Positions 13,878 through 29,935 of a stretch of DNA of 64,000 nucleotides are shown here, one piece after another. The stretch covers positions 11,098,001 to 11,162,000 of the forward strand of contig OZ024759.1 in NCBI GenBank assembly GCA_964016885.1, given 5' to 3'. The DNA comes from Eledone cirrhosa. Its lineage: Eukaryota. The notes beneath the pieces are model-generated. The model searched no databases, was not told where the DNA came from, and saw nothing but the letters and a program-made list of their open reading frames with translations. Made by a program: the position numbers and the translations under genes. Numbering within the stretch: the stretch's first letter is position 1; each line of letters begins with the position of its first letter.

Positions 13878-15835
13878 TTCGCCCTCCCCATCTCCCCCCA
13901 TCTCTCTCGCCCTCCCCATCTCCCCCCATCTCTCTCGCCCTCCCCATCTCCCCCCTTCTCTCTCGCTCTCCCCATCTCTCTCGCCCTCCCCATCTCCCCC
14001 CATCTCTCTCGCCCTCCCCTTCTCTCTCGCCCTCCCCATCTCTCGCCCTCCCCATCCGTCTCGCCCTCCCCATCTCTCTCGCCCTCCCCATCTCTCTCGC
14101 CCTCCCCTTCTCTCTCGCTCTCCCCATCTCTCTCACCCTCCCCTTCTCTCTCGCCCTCCCCTTCTCTCTCGCCCTCCCCTTCTCTCTCGCCCTCCCCTTC
14201 TCTCTCGCCCTCCCCATCTCTCTTGCCCTCCCCATCTCTCTCGCCCTCCCCTTCTCTCTCGCCCTCCCCTTCTCTCTCGCCCTCCCCATCTCTCTCGCCC
14301 TCCCCATCTCTCTCTCTCCTCATCTCTCTCGCCCCCCCATCTCCCTCGCCCTCCCCATCTCCCCCCCCTTCTCTCTCGCCCTCCCCATCTCTCTCGCCCT
14401 CCCCATCTCTCTCGCCCTCCCCTTCTCTCTCGCCCTCCCCATCTCTCTTGCCCTCCCCATCTCTCTCGCCCTCCCCTTCTCTCTCGCCCTCCCCTTCTCT
14501 CTCGCCCTCCCCATCTCTCTCTCTCCTCATCTCTCTCGCCCTCCCCATCCATCTCGGCCTCCCCATCTCTCTCGCCCTCCCCATCTCTCGCTCTCCCCAT
14601 CTCTCTCGCCCTCCCCATCTCTCTCGCCCTCCCCATCTTTCTCTCTCCTCATCTCTCTCGCCCTCCCCATCTCTCTCGCTCTCCCCTTCTCTCTCTCTCC
14701 TCATCTCTCTCTCCCCATCTCTCTCGCCCTCCCCATCTCTCGCCCTCCCCATCTCTCTCGCTCTCCCCATCTCTCTCGCCCTCCCCATCTCTCTCGCCCT
14801 CCCCATCTCTCTCGCCCCCCCCCATCTCTCCCCCCATCTCTCTCGCCCTCCCCTTCTCTCTCGCCCTCCTCATCTCTCCCCCCCATCTCTCTCGCCCTCC
14901 CCTTCTCTCTCGCCCTCCCCTTCTCTCTCGCCCTCCCCTTCTCTCTCGCCCTCCCCATCTCTCTCGCCCTCCCCATCCCCCCCCCCATCTCTCTCGCCCT
15001 CCCCTTCTCTCTCGCCCTCCTCATCTCTCCCCCCATCTCTCTCGCCCTCCCCTTCTCTCTCGCCCTCCCCTTCTCTCTCGCCCTCCCCATCTCTCTCGCC
15101 CTCCCCATCTCTCTCGCCCTCCCCATCTCTCTCGCCCTCCCCTTCTCTCTCGCCCTCCCCATCTCTCTCGCCCTCCCCATCTCTCTCGCCCTCCCCATCT
15201 CTCTCGCCCTCCCCATCTCTCTCGCCCTCCCCTTCTCTCTCGCCCTCCCCATCTCTCTCGCCCTCCCCATCTCTCTCGCCCTCCCCATCTCTCTCGCCCT
15301 CCATATCTCTCTCTCTCCTCATCTCTCTCGCCCTCCCCATCTCTCTCGCCCTCCCCTTCTCTCTCGCCCTCCCCTTCTCTCTCGCCCTCCCCATCTCTCT
15401 CGCCCTCCCCATCTCTCTCGCCCTCCCCATCTCTCTCGCCCTCCCCATCTCTCTCTCTCCTCATCTCTCTCGCCCTCCCCATCTCTCTCGCCCTCCCCTT
15501 CTCTCTCGCCCTCCCCATCTCTCTCGCCCTCCCCTTCTCTCTCGCCCTCCCCATCTCTCTCGCCCTCCCCTTCTCTCTCGCCCTCCCCATCTCTCTCGCC
15601 CTCCCCTTCTCTCTCGCCCTCCCCATCTCTCTCCCCCTCCCCATCTCCCCCCATCTCTCTCGCACTCCCCTTCTCTCTCGCCCTCCCCTTCTCTCTCGCC
15701 CTCCCCTTCTCTCTCGCCCTCCCCATCTCTCTCGCCCTCCCCATCTCTCTCGCCCTCCCCATCTCTCTTCCCCCCATCTCTCTCGCCCTCCCCCCATTCT
15801 CGCCCTCCCCATCTCTCTCGCTCTCCCCATCTCTC
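13878..15835. repeat. 18-bp pyrimidine-rich satellite (CTCTCTCGCCCTCCCCAT)n
   Basis: SPSPSL / MGRARE periodic ORFs. Confidence 0.95.
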
Positions 15836-15844
15836 TGTATTATG

Positions 15845-17016
15845 AGCAAATGGGGTCCCACGTGCTGGCCGCCCCATGGCCCCGGCGGACAGAATGAAGA
15901 AGACGTTTCCTTGGAGGATGGTAAGGGAGATGCGCTGGAAGAACCGTTCCATCTCGCGAGGCTCACACCTGCGGCTGGCCAGCTCAGCACCTATGGTGGT
16001 AAGTAGGGAGGTAGCCCTAGGGCCAAGGACAGCAGAAGTCTCCACTGCTACAGGTAGCCAGCTCAGCGCCTATGGTGGTAAGTAGGGAGGTAGCCCTAGG
16101 GCCAAGGACACCAGAAGTCTCCACTGCTACAGGTAGCCAGCTCAGCGCCTATGGTGGTAAGTAGGGAGGTAGCCCTAGGGCCAAGGACACCAGAAGTCTC
16201 CACTGCTACAGGTAGCCAGCTCAGCGCCTATGGTGGTGAGTAGGGAGGTAGCCCTAGGGCCAAGGACACCAGAAGTCTCCACTGCTACAGGTAGCCAGCT
16301 CAGTGCCTATGGTGGTGAGTAGGGAGGTAGCCCTAGGGCCAAGGACGCCAGAAGTCTCCACTGCTACAGGTAGCCAGCTCAGTGCCTATGGTGGTGAGTA
16401 GGGAGGTAGCCCTAGGGCCAAGGACACCAGAAGTCTCCACTGCTACAGGTAGCCAGCTCAGCACCTATGGTGGTAAGTAGGGAGGTAGCCCTAGGGCCAA
16501 GGACAGCAGAAGTCTCCACTGCTACAGGTAGCCAGCTCAGTGCCTATGGTGGTAAGTAGGGAGGTAGCCCTAGGGCCAAGGACACCAGAAGTCTCCACTG
16601 CTACAGGTAGCCAGCTCAGTGCCTATGGTGGTGAGTAGGGAGGTAGCCCTAGGGCCAAGGACACCAGAAGTCTCCACTGCTACAGGTAGCCAGCTCAGCA
16701 CCTATGGTGGTAAGTAGGGAGGTAGCCCTAGGGCCAAGGACAGCAGAAGTCTCCACTGCTACAGGTAGCCAGCTCAGTGCCTATGGTGGTAAGTAGGGAG
16801 GTAGCCCTAGGGCCAAGGACACCAGAAGTCTCCACTGCTACAGGTAGCCAGCTCAGTGCCTATGGTGGTTAGTAGGGAGGTAGCCCTAGGGCCAAAGACA
16901 GCAGAAGTCTCCACTACTACGGGTAGCCAGCTCAGCACCTATGGTGGTAAGTAGGGAGGTAGCCCTAGGGCCAAGGACAGCAGAAGTCTCCACTGCTAGG
17001 GGTGGCAGGCCATTAA
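15845..17016 (-). pseudogene. CRE-clade non-LTR retrotransposon C-terminal (restriction-like endonuclease) fragment
   Basis: Collapsing the array gives PPLAVETSAVLGPRATSLLTTIGAELASRRCEPREMERFFQRISLTILQGNVFFIL, fitting P.AVET.G..GP..PRE..F.QRIS..IQRGN. The 5' part runs into the gap. Confidence 0.75.
15978..16998. repeat. 79-bp minisatellite, 13 copies, inside the CRE-like ORF
   Basis: Unit starts GCCAGCTCAG at 15978, 16057, 16136 ... 16926. Confidence 0.97.
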
Positions 17017-17216
17017 NNNNNNNNNNNNNNNNNNNNNNNNNNNNNNNNNNNNNNNNNNNNNNNNNNNNNNNNNNNNNNNNNNNNNNNNNNNNNNNNNNNN
17101 NNNNNNNNNNNNNNNNNNNNNNNNNNNNNNNNNNNNNNNNNNNNNNNNNNNNNNNNNNNNNNNNNNNNNNNNNNNNNNNNNNNNNNNNNNNNNNNNNNNN
17201 NNNNNNNNNNNNNNNN
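17017..17216. other. Assembly gap (200 N)
   Basis: Run of N. Confidence 1.
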
Positions 17217-17741
17217 TATATTATATACACACACACACATATATATATATATACACATATACATATATATATATACACACACACACACACACGCATATAT
17301 ATATATATATAAACACATATACATATATGTGTTTATATATATGTATATATATATAAACACATATATGTATTTGTGTTTATATATATATATATATGCGTGT
17401 GTGTGTGTGTGTATATATATATATGTATATGTGTATATATATATATATGTGTGTGTGTGTATTATATATATATATATGTGTGTGTGTGTGTATATATATA
17501 TATATACATACATATATACATATCTACATATATACACTCGTACTCGATTCAGTTATACTATCAATCATTCCACTACTTTCACATTCGCTTCTTCTCTCAT
17601 TCCATTCATTCATTCATACACTAACACACTAACACACTAACACACTAACACACACACACACATATATATATACACACATATATATATATATACACATAAA
17701 TGTTTGTGTTTGTATATATATATGTATATATATATATGTAT

Positions 17742-17820
<79 letters not shown>

Positions 17821-17890
17821 TGTGTACGTGCAAGATTCTTATTCGAGCATACACACTCACGTGAAAACACACACACACACACATATATAT

Positions 17891-18107
17891 ATAGGAACGA
17901 GTAAGACCCCGACGGCTGAGCTCAAGCCGTTTCGCCGGCCAATTCAGGACTGTCCAGAATTATGGACTGTCCAGAATTAGCCGTCGAAACGGCTTGAGCT
18001 CAGCCGTCGGGGTCCTACTCGTTTCTATTACCCACTCTACTACCCTAAGTATTGAGTACTTTGGTGCGTTATGGTCCACCTGTTTCCTTACCACATCCCC
18101 TTCGTTA
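17891..18107 (+). mobile_element. Hammerhead-bearing element remnant (family C) with inverted duplication; ~138-bp palindrome at 17891-18028
   Basis: GAA-ACGGCT(TGAGCTC)AGCCGT-C^-GGGGTC with a hairpin upstream; the CTGANGA box is replaced by the inverted copy. Tail has GTATTGAGTAC. Flanked by (TA)n. Confidence 0.65.
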
Positions 18108-18116
18108 TATATATAT

Positions 18117-18197
<81 letters not shown>

Positions 18198-18291
18198 AAA
18201 GTTAAACAAGGTTCAATGAATACATGAAAGAATGAGTTTGACAATAGATTGGAACCATCTACTATGTCAGGGTATGTCATGCATCATCTTG

Positions 18292-18354
18292 TTTTATCTG
18301 ATGAGGACGTACTGTTGAAGATAGCTCAGTGCCTCTGAAATATGTATAATAAAA
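18292..18354 (+). ncRNA. Type I hammerhead ribozyme motif (family A)
   Basis: TTTTAT-CTGATGA-GGACGTACTG(TTGAAGATAGCT)CAGTGCCTCT-GAA-ATATGTAT-A^-ATAAAA. Intact core, perfect 6-bp stem I, inside a ~235-bp island between (TA)n tracts. Confidence 0.78.
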
Positions 18355-18474
18355 ATATACTTGATCACAAGAATATCTATTTTGTTAATATTTGGAATTA
18401 ATATAGTCGCGTATAATCCTATATATATATATATATATAGGATTATACACGAGTCCTATGCTCCGTTATTTTAC

Positions 18475-18520
<46 letters not shown>

Positions 18521-18674
18521 CACGTGAGTGTGTGTGTTCACGTGAGTGTGTGTGTTCACGTGAGTGTGTGTGTTCACGTGAGTGTGTGTGCTCGAATACG
18601 AATCTTGCGCGTACAGAGAAACTAAACGCGTTAAGATGCATACCAGCTCACCTTGCCTGACATGCAGAAATGCA

Positions 18675-20293
<1,619 letters not shown>

Positions 20294-20319
20294 CAGCCAC
20301 CAAATGCTGGATGACGAGA

Positions 20320-20420
20320 AATAAATTAGTTTTCCAACGTTTTGCAGTGACGTCAAAGCCGTGCTTGCTTGTTGCTGCTGCTTGCGCATGTTCAAGCCAA
20401 TAGCCAGTGCATTATTGGTT
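20320..20420. promoter_or_regulatory. Promoter-like motif cluster
   Basis: TGACGTCA (20348-20355), TGCGCATG (20383-20390), CCAAT (20397-20401) and ATTGG (20414-20418) in a CpG-containing unique island. Confidence 0.4.
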
Positions 20421-20551
20421 TTTCCAGGATCTGAACGAAAACTACCGATAATGTCTCTAAGAAGATACTATTGAAAAAGCAGACGATAAAGAAGTGGGGG
20501 TGGAGTTATAGTTGCTTCTATTCTATCAATATCTCCTTGTATGTAATACAA

Positions 20552-21522
20552 TCTCTCTCTCTCTCTCTCTCTCAGTCTCTCTATCACCCCTCTCTCTCTC
20601 TCAGTCTCTCTATCACCCCTCTCTCTCAGTCTCTCTATCTCCATATCACTCTCTCTCAGTCTCTCTATCACCACCCTCTCTCTCTCTCAGTCTCTCTATC
20701 TCCATATCACTCTCTCTTTGTCTCTCTATCTCCACCTCTTTCTCTCTCTTTGTCTCTCTATCTCCATATCACTCTCTCTTTGTCTCTCTATCTCCACCTC
20801 TCTCTCTCTTGTCTCTCTATCTCCATATCACTACTCTCTTGTCTCTCTATCTCCACCTCTCTCTCTCTCATATCACCTCTCTCTTTGTCTCTCTATCTCC
20901 ACCTCTTTCTCTCTCTTTGTCTCTCTATCTCCATATCACTCTCTCTCTTGTCTCTCTATCTCCAACCCCTCTCTCTCAGTCTCTCTATCTCCATATCACT
21001 CTCTCTTCTCTATCCACTCTTTCTCTCTTGTCTCTCTATCTCCTATCACTCGCTCTCACTCTCCTACACATCTCTCTCTCTCTATCTCTCTCTCATCTCT
21101 CTCACTAGTCACTCTATCACCTACTACATCCTCTCCTCTCTCTCTCAACCCAAACACAACCCAACTATACACACAACCCAACATCTTTCCCCCACTCACA
21201 TCTCACCTTATCCATTTATACACCTCCCTCTCACCACTCACTCATCTCTCTCTCTTCTCTCTCACTCACATCTCTCTCTCTCTCTCTCTCTAATCATCTC
21301 TCTCTCTCTCTCATCTCTCTCTCTCATCTCTCTCTCTCTCTCTCTCACTCTCTCTCTCTCTCACCTCTCTCTCTCTCTCTATCTCATTCTCTCTCTCTCT
21401 CCATTATCTCCTCTCTCTCCTCTCTCTCTCTCTTCTCTCTCTTCCTCCTTCTCACTCTCACTCTCGCTCTCTCTCTATCTCTCTCTCTCTCACCTCCTCT
21501 CTCTCTCTCTCTCTTCTCTCTC

Positions 21523-21562
<40 letters not shown>

Positions 21563-21585
21563 CTCTCCTCCTCTCTCACCACAAT

Positions 21586-21635
<50 letters not shown>

Positions 21636-22470
21636 ACAAACAGGTCATCTCTCCCTCTCTCATCCTCTCCTCTCTCTCATCTCTCTCTCTCTCTCATCCT
21701 CATATCTCTCCATCTCCATCACCTCACTCATCATACAAACATCCTCTCTGCTCATCACTCCCTCTCACTCCATTCACTCCCCTCTCCTCCTCCTACAACC
21801 ACATCTCTCACATCACTCACCTCCTCCCATCACATCCCCTCTCTCTCCTCTTCTCATCAGTCTCTCCTCCGCTCCATCACTCCCCCTCTCTAATCCTCAG
21901 TCTCTATCTCTCCCGCTCCATCACTCACACCCTCATCTCATCCCTCAGTCCTCTCTCTCTCTCCCGCTCCATCACTCCCCCTCTCATCCTCAGTCCTCAA
22001 TCTCTCTCTCCCTCCATCACTCCCCCTCTGTCTCTGTTACACCCTCATCCCCCTCTCTCTTCTCTCTCACCCCCCTCGCTTTATCTCACAATCTCTCACC
22101 CTCCCTCTTTATCTTACCCTCTCTCCCTATCTATCACTCACACACATACAGCTTCGATTCTCACCCTCTCTTACTAACATCTCATCTCCCCCCCTCCTCT
22201 CTTACCAACACACTCCATCTCATCCTCTCCCCTCCCTCTCTCTCTTACTAACACACTCCATCACATCATCTCCCCCCTCCCCTACCTACTAACACACTCC
22301 ATCTGATCCTCTCCCCTCTCTTACCAACACACTCCATCTCATCCTCCCCCCTCCCCCTCTTTTACTAATACACTCCACCTCATCCTTTCCCCCCTCCCCT
22401 ACCAACATCCCCCATCTCATCCTCTCCCCCTCTCACTCTTCCCCCTCTACCCCCCCCCTCTCTCTCACAC
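20552..22470. repeat. CT-rich low-complexity tract
   Basis: (CT)n with degenerate CTCTATCTCCATATCA units; becomes increasingly irregular. Confidence 0.9.
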
Positions 22471-22774
22471 ACACACACACACCAAACAGGTGGTTGATTT
22501 ACGCTGGCTATACAATCGAACAGAGTCAATTAAAGCCTATCACTTCTTGAAAAAAAAATATGGCCGTTCAGTGCTGCTGGTATAGCAAGATACGGGTGAT
22601 TGAAAACATTCACTTGACCGCTTTCCAATGGATATAGTATGTTAGTATGTACATAGGGAGAATTACTTGAAAAATGTGGATGTAGCCTTCCAAAATTTCA
22701 TGGTGAATTATGTCCTTATTGTGTGTATGTGGTAGGTAGAAATTTCGATTTCATTTCATTGTAACTGCAATTGT

Positions 22775-22987
22775 ATTTCATTGTATTTCGTAGACTTATC
22801 TTCTGCTAGTAGATGTATAGATAGATAGACAGTTAAATGTGTGTATATATAGACAGGTGTGTGCGTGTGTGTGTATATATAGTGTGTATGTAGTAAGTGG
22901 TAAATTTGGTTTCATTTTATTGCAATTGTATTTTATTATATTTCATGGACTTATCTTCTGCTAGATGATGTATAGATAGACAGATAA

Positions 22988-23034
<47 letters not shown>

Positions 23035-24588
23035 TAGATAGGTGTGTATATATATATTGTGTATGCAGTAAGTGGAAAATTATGTTGCATTTTATTGTAT
23101 TTCATTGACTTATCTTCTGCTAGTAGATGTATAGATAGATAGACAGATAAATGTGTGTGTGTATATATAGAGAGAGAGATAGGTGTATATATATATAGAT
23201 AGATTGTGTATGTAGTAAGTGGAAAATTGTATTTCATTGACTTATCTTCTGCTAGTAGATGTATAGATAGATAGATAGACAGATAAATGTGTGTGTGTAT
23301 ATATATAGAGAGAGATAGGTGTATATATAGAGATAGATTGTGTATGTAGTAAGTGGAAAATTGTATTTCATTGACTTAATCTTCTGCTAGAAGATGTATA
23401 TAGATAGATATATTTCTTTATTAGCCACAAGGGCACAAAAGAAGGGGACAAGTACAATGGGGGAAGTTTACATTCAATAAAAACGTGTAAAACAATATCA
23501 CAGATGAAAATTATAGAAAAACAATCGATTTTACCCAATAGGGGGGAGACATTAACTATGGGTGACACATACCCCCGAAAAATAGATAGATAGATCGACA
23601 GACAGATAGACGTGTGTATATAGAGAGAGATATAGGTGTGTATATATATTGTGTGTGTATATAGTAAGTGGCAAATTTGGTTGTATTTTATTGTATTTGT
23701 TGGTCTTATCTTCTGCTAGTTGATGTATAGATGATATATATTGATAGAGAGGTAGATAGATGTATATAGAGGATGTATGTATATTGATAGAGAGGTAGAT
23801 AGATGTATATATAGATGATGTATATTGATAGAGAGGTAGATAGATGTATATATAGATGATGTATATTGATAGAGAGGTAGATAGATGTATATAGAGGATG
23901 TAATGTATATTGATAGAGAGGTAGATAGATGTATATATAGATGATGTATATTGATAGAGAGGTAGATAGATGTGTATATAGATGATGTATATTGATAGAG
24001 AGGTAGATAGATGTATATAGAGGATGTATGTATATTGATAGAGAGGTAGATAGATGTATATATAGATGATGTATATTGATAGAGAGGTAGATAGATGTGT
24101 ATATAGATGATGTATATTGATAGAGAGGTAGATAGATGTATATAGAGGATGTATGTATATTGATAGAGAGGTAGATGTATATATATATAGAGGATGTATG
24201 TATATTGATAGAGAGGTAGATAGATGTGTATATAGATGATATATATTGATAGAGAGGTAGATGTATGTATGTATATTGATAGAGACGTAGGTAGATGTAT
24301 ATATATTGATAGAGAGGTAGATATATATATATATTGATATATATTGATAGAGAGGTAGATGTATATATATAGAGGATGTATATATATTGATAGAGAGGTA
24401 GATAGATGTATATTTATAGATGATGTATATTGCTAGAGAGGTAGATAGATGTATATAGATGATGTATATTGATAGAGAGGTAGGTAGATGTATATATATA
24501 GATGATGTATATTGATAGAGAGGTAGATAGATGTATATATATTGATAGAGAGGTAGATGTATATATATTGATAGAGAGGTAGATAGAC

Positions 24589-24650
<62 letters not shown>

Positions 24651-24990
24651 ATAGAGAGGTAGATAGATGTATATATATATATATATTGATAGAGAGGTAG
24701 ATAGATGTATATTATATATATTGATAGAGAGGTAGATAGACGTATATATATATATTGATAGAGAGGTAGATAGATGTATATATATATATATATATATTAT
24801 ATATTGATAGAGAGGTAGATAGATGTATATATAGATGATGTATATTGATAGAGAGGTAGATAGATGTATATATAGATGATGTATATTGATAGAGAGGTAG
24901 ATAGACGTATATAGATGATGTATATTGATAGAGAGGTAGATGTATATATACAGATGATATATATTGATAGAGAGGTAGATGCATATATAC
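22775..24990. repeat. Degenerate tandem repeats: GACTTATCTTCTGCTAGTAGATG units, then ~40-bp ATATTGATAGAGAGGTAGATAGATG array (23725-24990)
   Basis: Recurring motifs separated by variable microsatellite spacers. Confidence 0.85.
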
Positions 24991-25058
24991 ATATATATAT
25001 AGATATAGATATGTGTATATATGTATGCATATGTATAGATAGAATATAGATAGGTAGA

Positions 25059-25105
<47 letters not shown>

Positions 25106-25107
<2 letters not shown>

Positions 25108-25287
25108 GTTATTCCGGGTTGAATCGGAGGTAACCCACAGTAAGTAAGGTACTCAATACATAGCAGAGTATAAAAGTTTTAATATAGATGAGATTCTACA
25201 GGACTAGAACTGTTTCATTCTTTAGAAATCAACAGGATTCCATGATTTCTAAAGAATGAAACAGTTCTAGTCCTGTAGAATCTCATC

Positions 25288-25292
<5 letters not shown>
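25106..25292 (-). mobile_element. Hammerhead-bearing element (family B) with 50-bp inverted duplication
   Basis: Arms 25182-25231 and 25243-25292. Minus-strand motif has core CTGTTGA; plus-strand motif has C--ATGA. Tail matches 28973-29053. Within (TA)n. Confidence 0.75.
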
Positions 25293-25327
<35 letters not shown>

Positions 25328-25389
25328 CGTGTATTAAGTAGGAAATTTTGATCTTATCTTTTGCTAGTAGAGGTATCGATAGATAGAGG

Positions 25390-27625
<2,236 letters not shown>

Positions 27626-27626
27626 A

Positions 27627-27830
27627 CCTGTTGAAACGGCAGGAGCTCAGCCGTCGGGGTCCTGACTTTTTCATACACTACACATATATATTTAATGTAG
27701 AATAGTTTGAATGAGGCAGAGAGCCGGCGTACTTCGAAGTCCCAATCAGTTAAGTTAATCACACTCCGATTGCATTCGCTACATTACACCTGTATTGAGT
27801 TCTTTATTTAATGTATGTTCATTGGTTTTA
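27627..27830 (+). mobile_element. 5'-truncated hammerhead element remnant (family C)
   Basis: GAA-ACGGC(AGGAGCTCA)GCCGT-C^-GGGGTCC and GTATTGAGT at 27792; flanked by (TA)n. Confidence 0.6.
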
Positions 27831-27919
27831 TATATATATATATATATATATAAACAGGGACTTTGGTTTAAGATCTGTGTAATATATGTACGATGTACAC
27901 ACACACACACACACACATA

Positions 27920-28535
27920 TATATATGTCCATAGACACACACACACACACACACAATGTCCATACACACACATATATATGTTCATAGATACGCGCGCACA
28001 CACATGTCCATACACACACATACATATATCCATACACACACACACATATATGTCCATATACACACACATATATATGTCCATATACACACACCCACAAATA
28101 TGTCCATATACACACACATATATGTCCATATACACACACACACATATATGTCCATATACACACACACTTATATGTCCATTCACACATATATGTCCATATA
28201 TACACACGCACATATATGTCCATATACATACACACACACATATATGTCCATACACACATACACACACACACACACATATATATGTCCATATACACACGCA
28301 CATATATGTCCATACACACACACACATATGTCCATACACACACACACACCTATATGTCCATATACACACACACACATATATGCTCATATACACACACATA
28401 TATGCTCACATACACACACCTATATGTCGATATACACACACACACATATATGCTCATATACACACACATATATGCTCACACACACATATATATATATGTC
28501 GATAGACACACACATATATATGTCCATAGACATGC
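27920..28535. repeat. Degenerate ~22-26-bp repeat CATATATGTCCATATACACACA
   Basis: Recurring ATGTCCATA core. Confidence 0.85.
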
Positions 28536-28840
28536 ACACACACACACACACACACACACACTTATGTATGTGTGTGTGTGTGTGTGTGTCTGTGTGTGTG
28601 TGTTATTTTAGCTAAACTCTGAACGTAATGTATATACGATGTGACATGTAGACAATCATACACGCACGTATATATAATTATATATATATACACACACAAA
28701 CATATATATACACGTACATACATGGAAACATTAGTTTTTGGCTGAGACGCTAATGTAATTTATGTGTTTCTGTGCGTGTATATTTACCAACAAATTGAAT
28801 ATATGTGTGTATATATTGAATATATGTGTGTGTGTATTGC

Positions 28841-28915
<75 letters not shown>

Positions 28916-28918
28916 TGA

Positions 28919-28967
28919 GATTCTACAGGACTAGAACTGTTTCATTCTTTAGGAATCATCAGGAATC
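28919..28967 (-). ncRNA. Type I hammerhead ribozyme motif (family B) within a 28911-29053 element
   Basis: Minus strand GATTC-CTGATGA-TTCCTAAAGAAT-GAA-ACAG(TTCTAGTC)CTGT-A^-GAATC. Intact core, perfect stems I and III, weak stem II. Confidence 0.72.
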
Positions 28968-29050
28968 ATCAGAATATTAAAACTTTTATACTCTGCAATG
29001 TATTGAGTACCTTACTTACTGTGGTTACCTCCGATTCAACCCTGAATAAC

Positions 29051-29094
<44 letters not shown>

Positions 29095-29259
29095 GCAATA
29101 CACACACACACACATTTGACGGACGTTAAAACCCACACACATAATATATGATATGCATATATGTGTGTGTATATATGTATAAACAGCATGTGTATATATG
29201 TGATGTATATATTTGTGTGTTTATGATTAGCATATCTGCGTGTGTGTCATATATATATG

Positions 29260-29313
<54 letters not shown>

Positions 29314-29528
29314 CAAGGAACGACAATGGCTCTGTCGTTACTGTAAACAAAGTTTAAGATAGTAATATGGAGAGAGAGAGAGAGAGAGATGATGTATATG
29401 CATGTGTGTGTGTTTGTATGTCATATGTGTGTGTGTGTGTGCCATGTAAACAGAAATAAAGCAAATGACAGTATAATGAAGAAATTAGTTTAACGCTTGA
29501 AATAATAGAAGAGAGAGAGAGAGAGAGA

Positions 29529-29901
29529 GTGAAATTCCGCCATAACGAAATTCACGGGGTATAAAAAAAAAAAAAATCATTGTAAAGAAAAATTCGTTAT
29601 AATGAGATCGATAGAAAGAAATCGAGCGTTTGTTATTACCTCTGGGTAATAGGTGGATTGGCAGTATCGGTAGAGGATCTCGGACGCCATGCTTTGACGC
29701 ATAGAGTTACGGCCCTTGCCATTCTGAGTTCAAATCCCGCCGAGGTTAACTTTGCCTTTCATCCTTACGGGGTCGATAAAATAAAGTACCAGTAATACAC
29801 TGGGATAATTGCTGGCCCTGTGCCAAAAGTAGAAATAGTTATTACCTCTGGGATTGAAAACATTTCGTTATAATGGCATTCGTTATAAAGGAATCTTACT
29901 T

Positions 29902-29905
<4 letters not shown>
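29529..29905. mobile_element. Probable Tc1/mariner-type MITE remnant hosting a SINE
   Basis: CATAACGAA at the left end; repeated TTCGTTATAA at the right end terminating ..CTTGTA. Confidence 0.45.
29647..29837 (+). mobile_element. tRNA-derived SINE, 15-bp TSD
   Basis: TGGCAGTATCGG, GAGTTCAAATCC; TSD GTTATTACCTCTGGG at 29632-29646 and 29838-29852. Confidence 0.9.

Positions 29906-29932
<27 letters not shown>

Positions 29933-29935
<3 letters not shown>

Noticed and set aside
13782-15845. 687-aa Ser/Pro-rich extensin-like ORF
   Set aside because: 18-bp satellite open in several frames; no signal peptide or unique domain.
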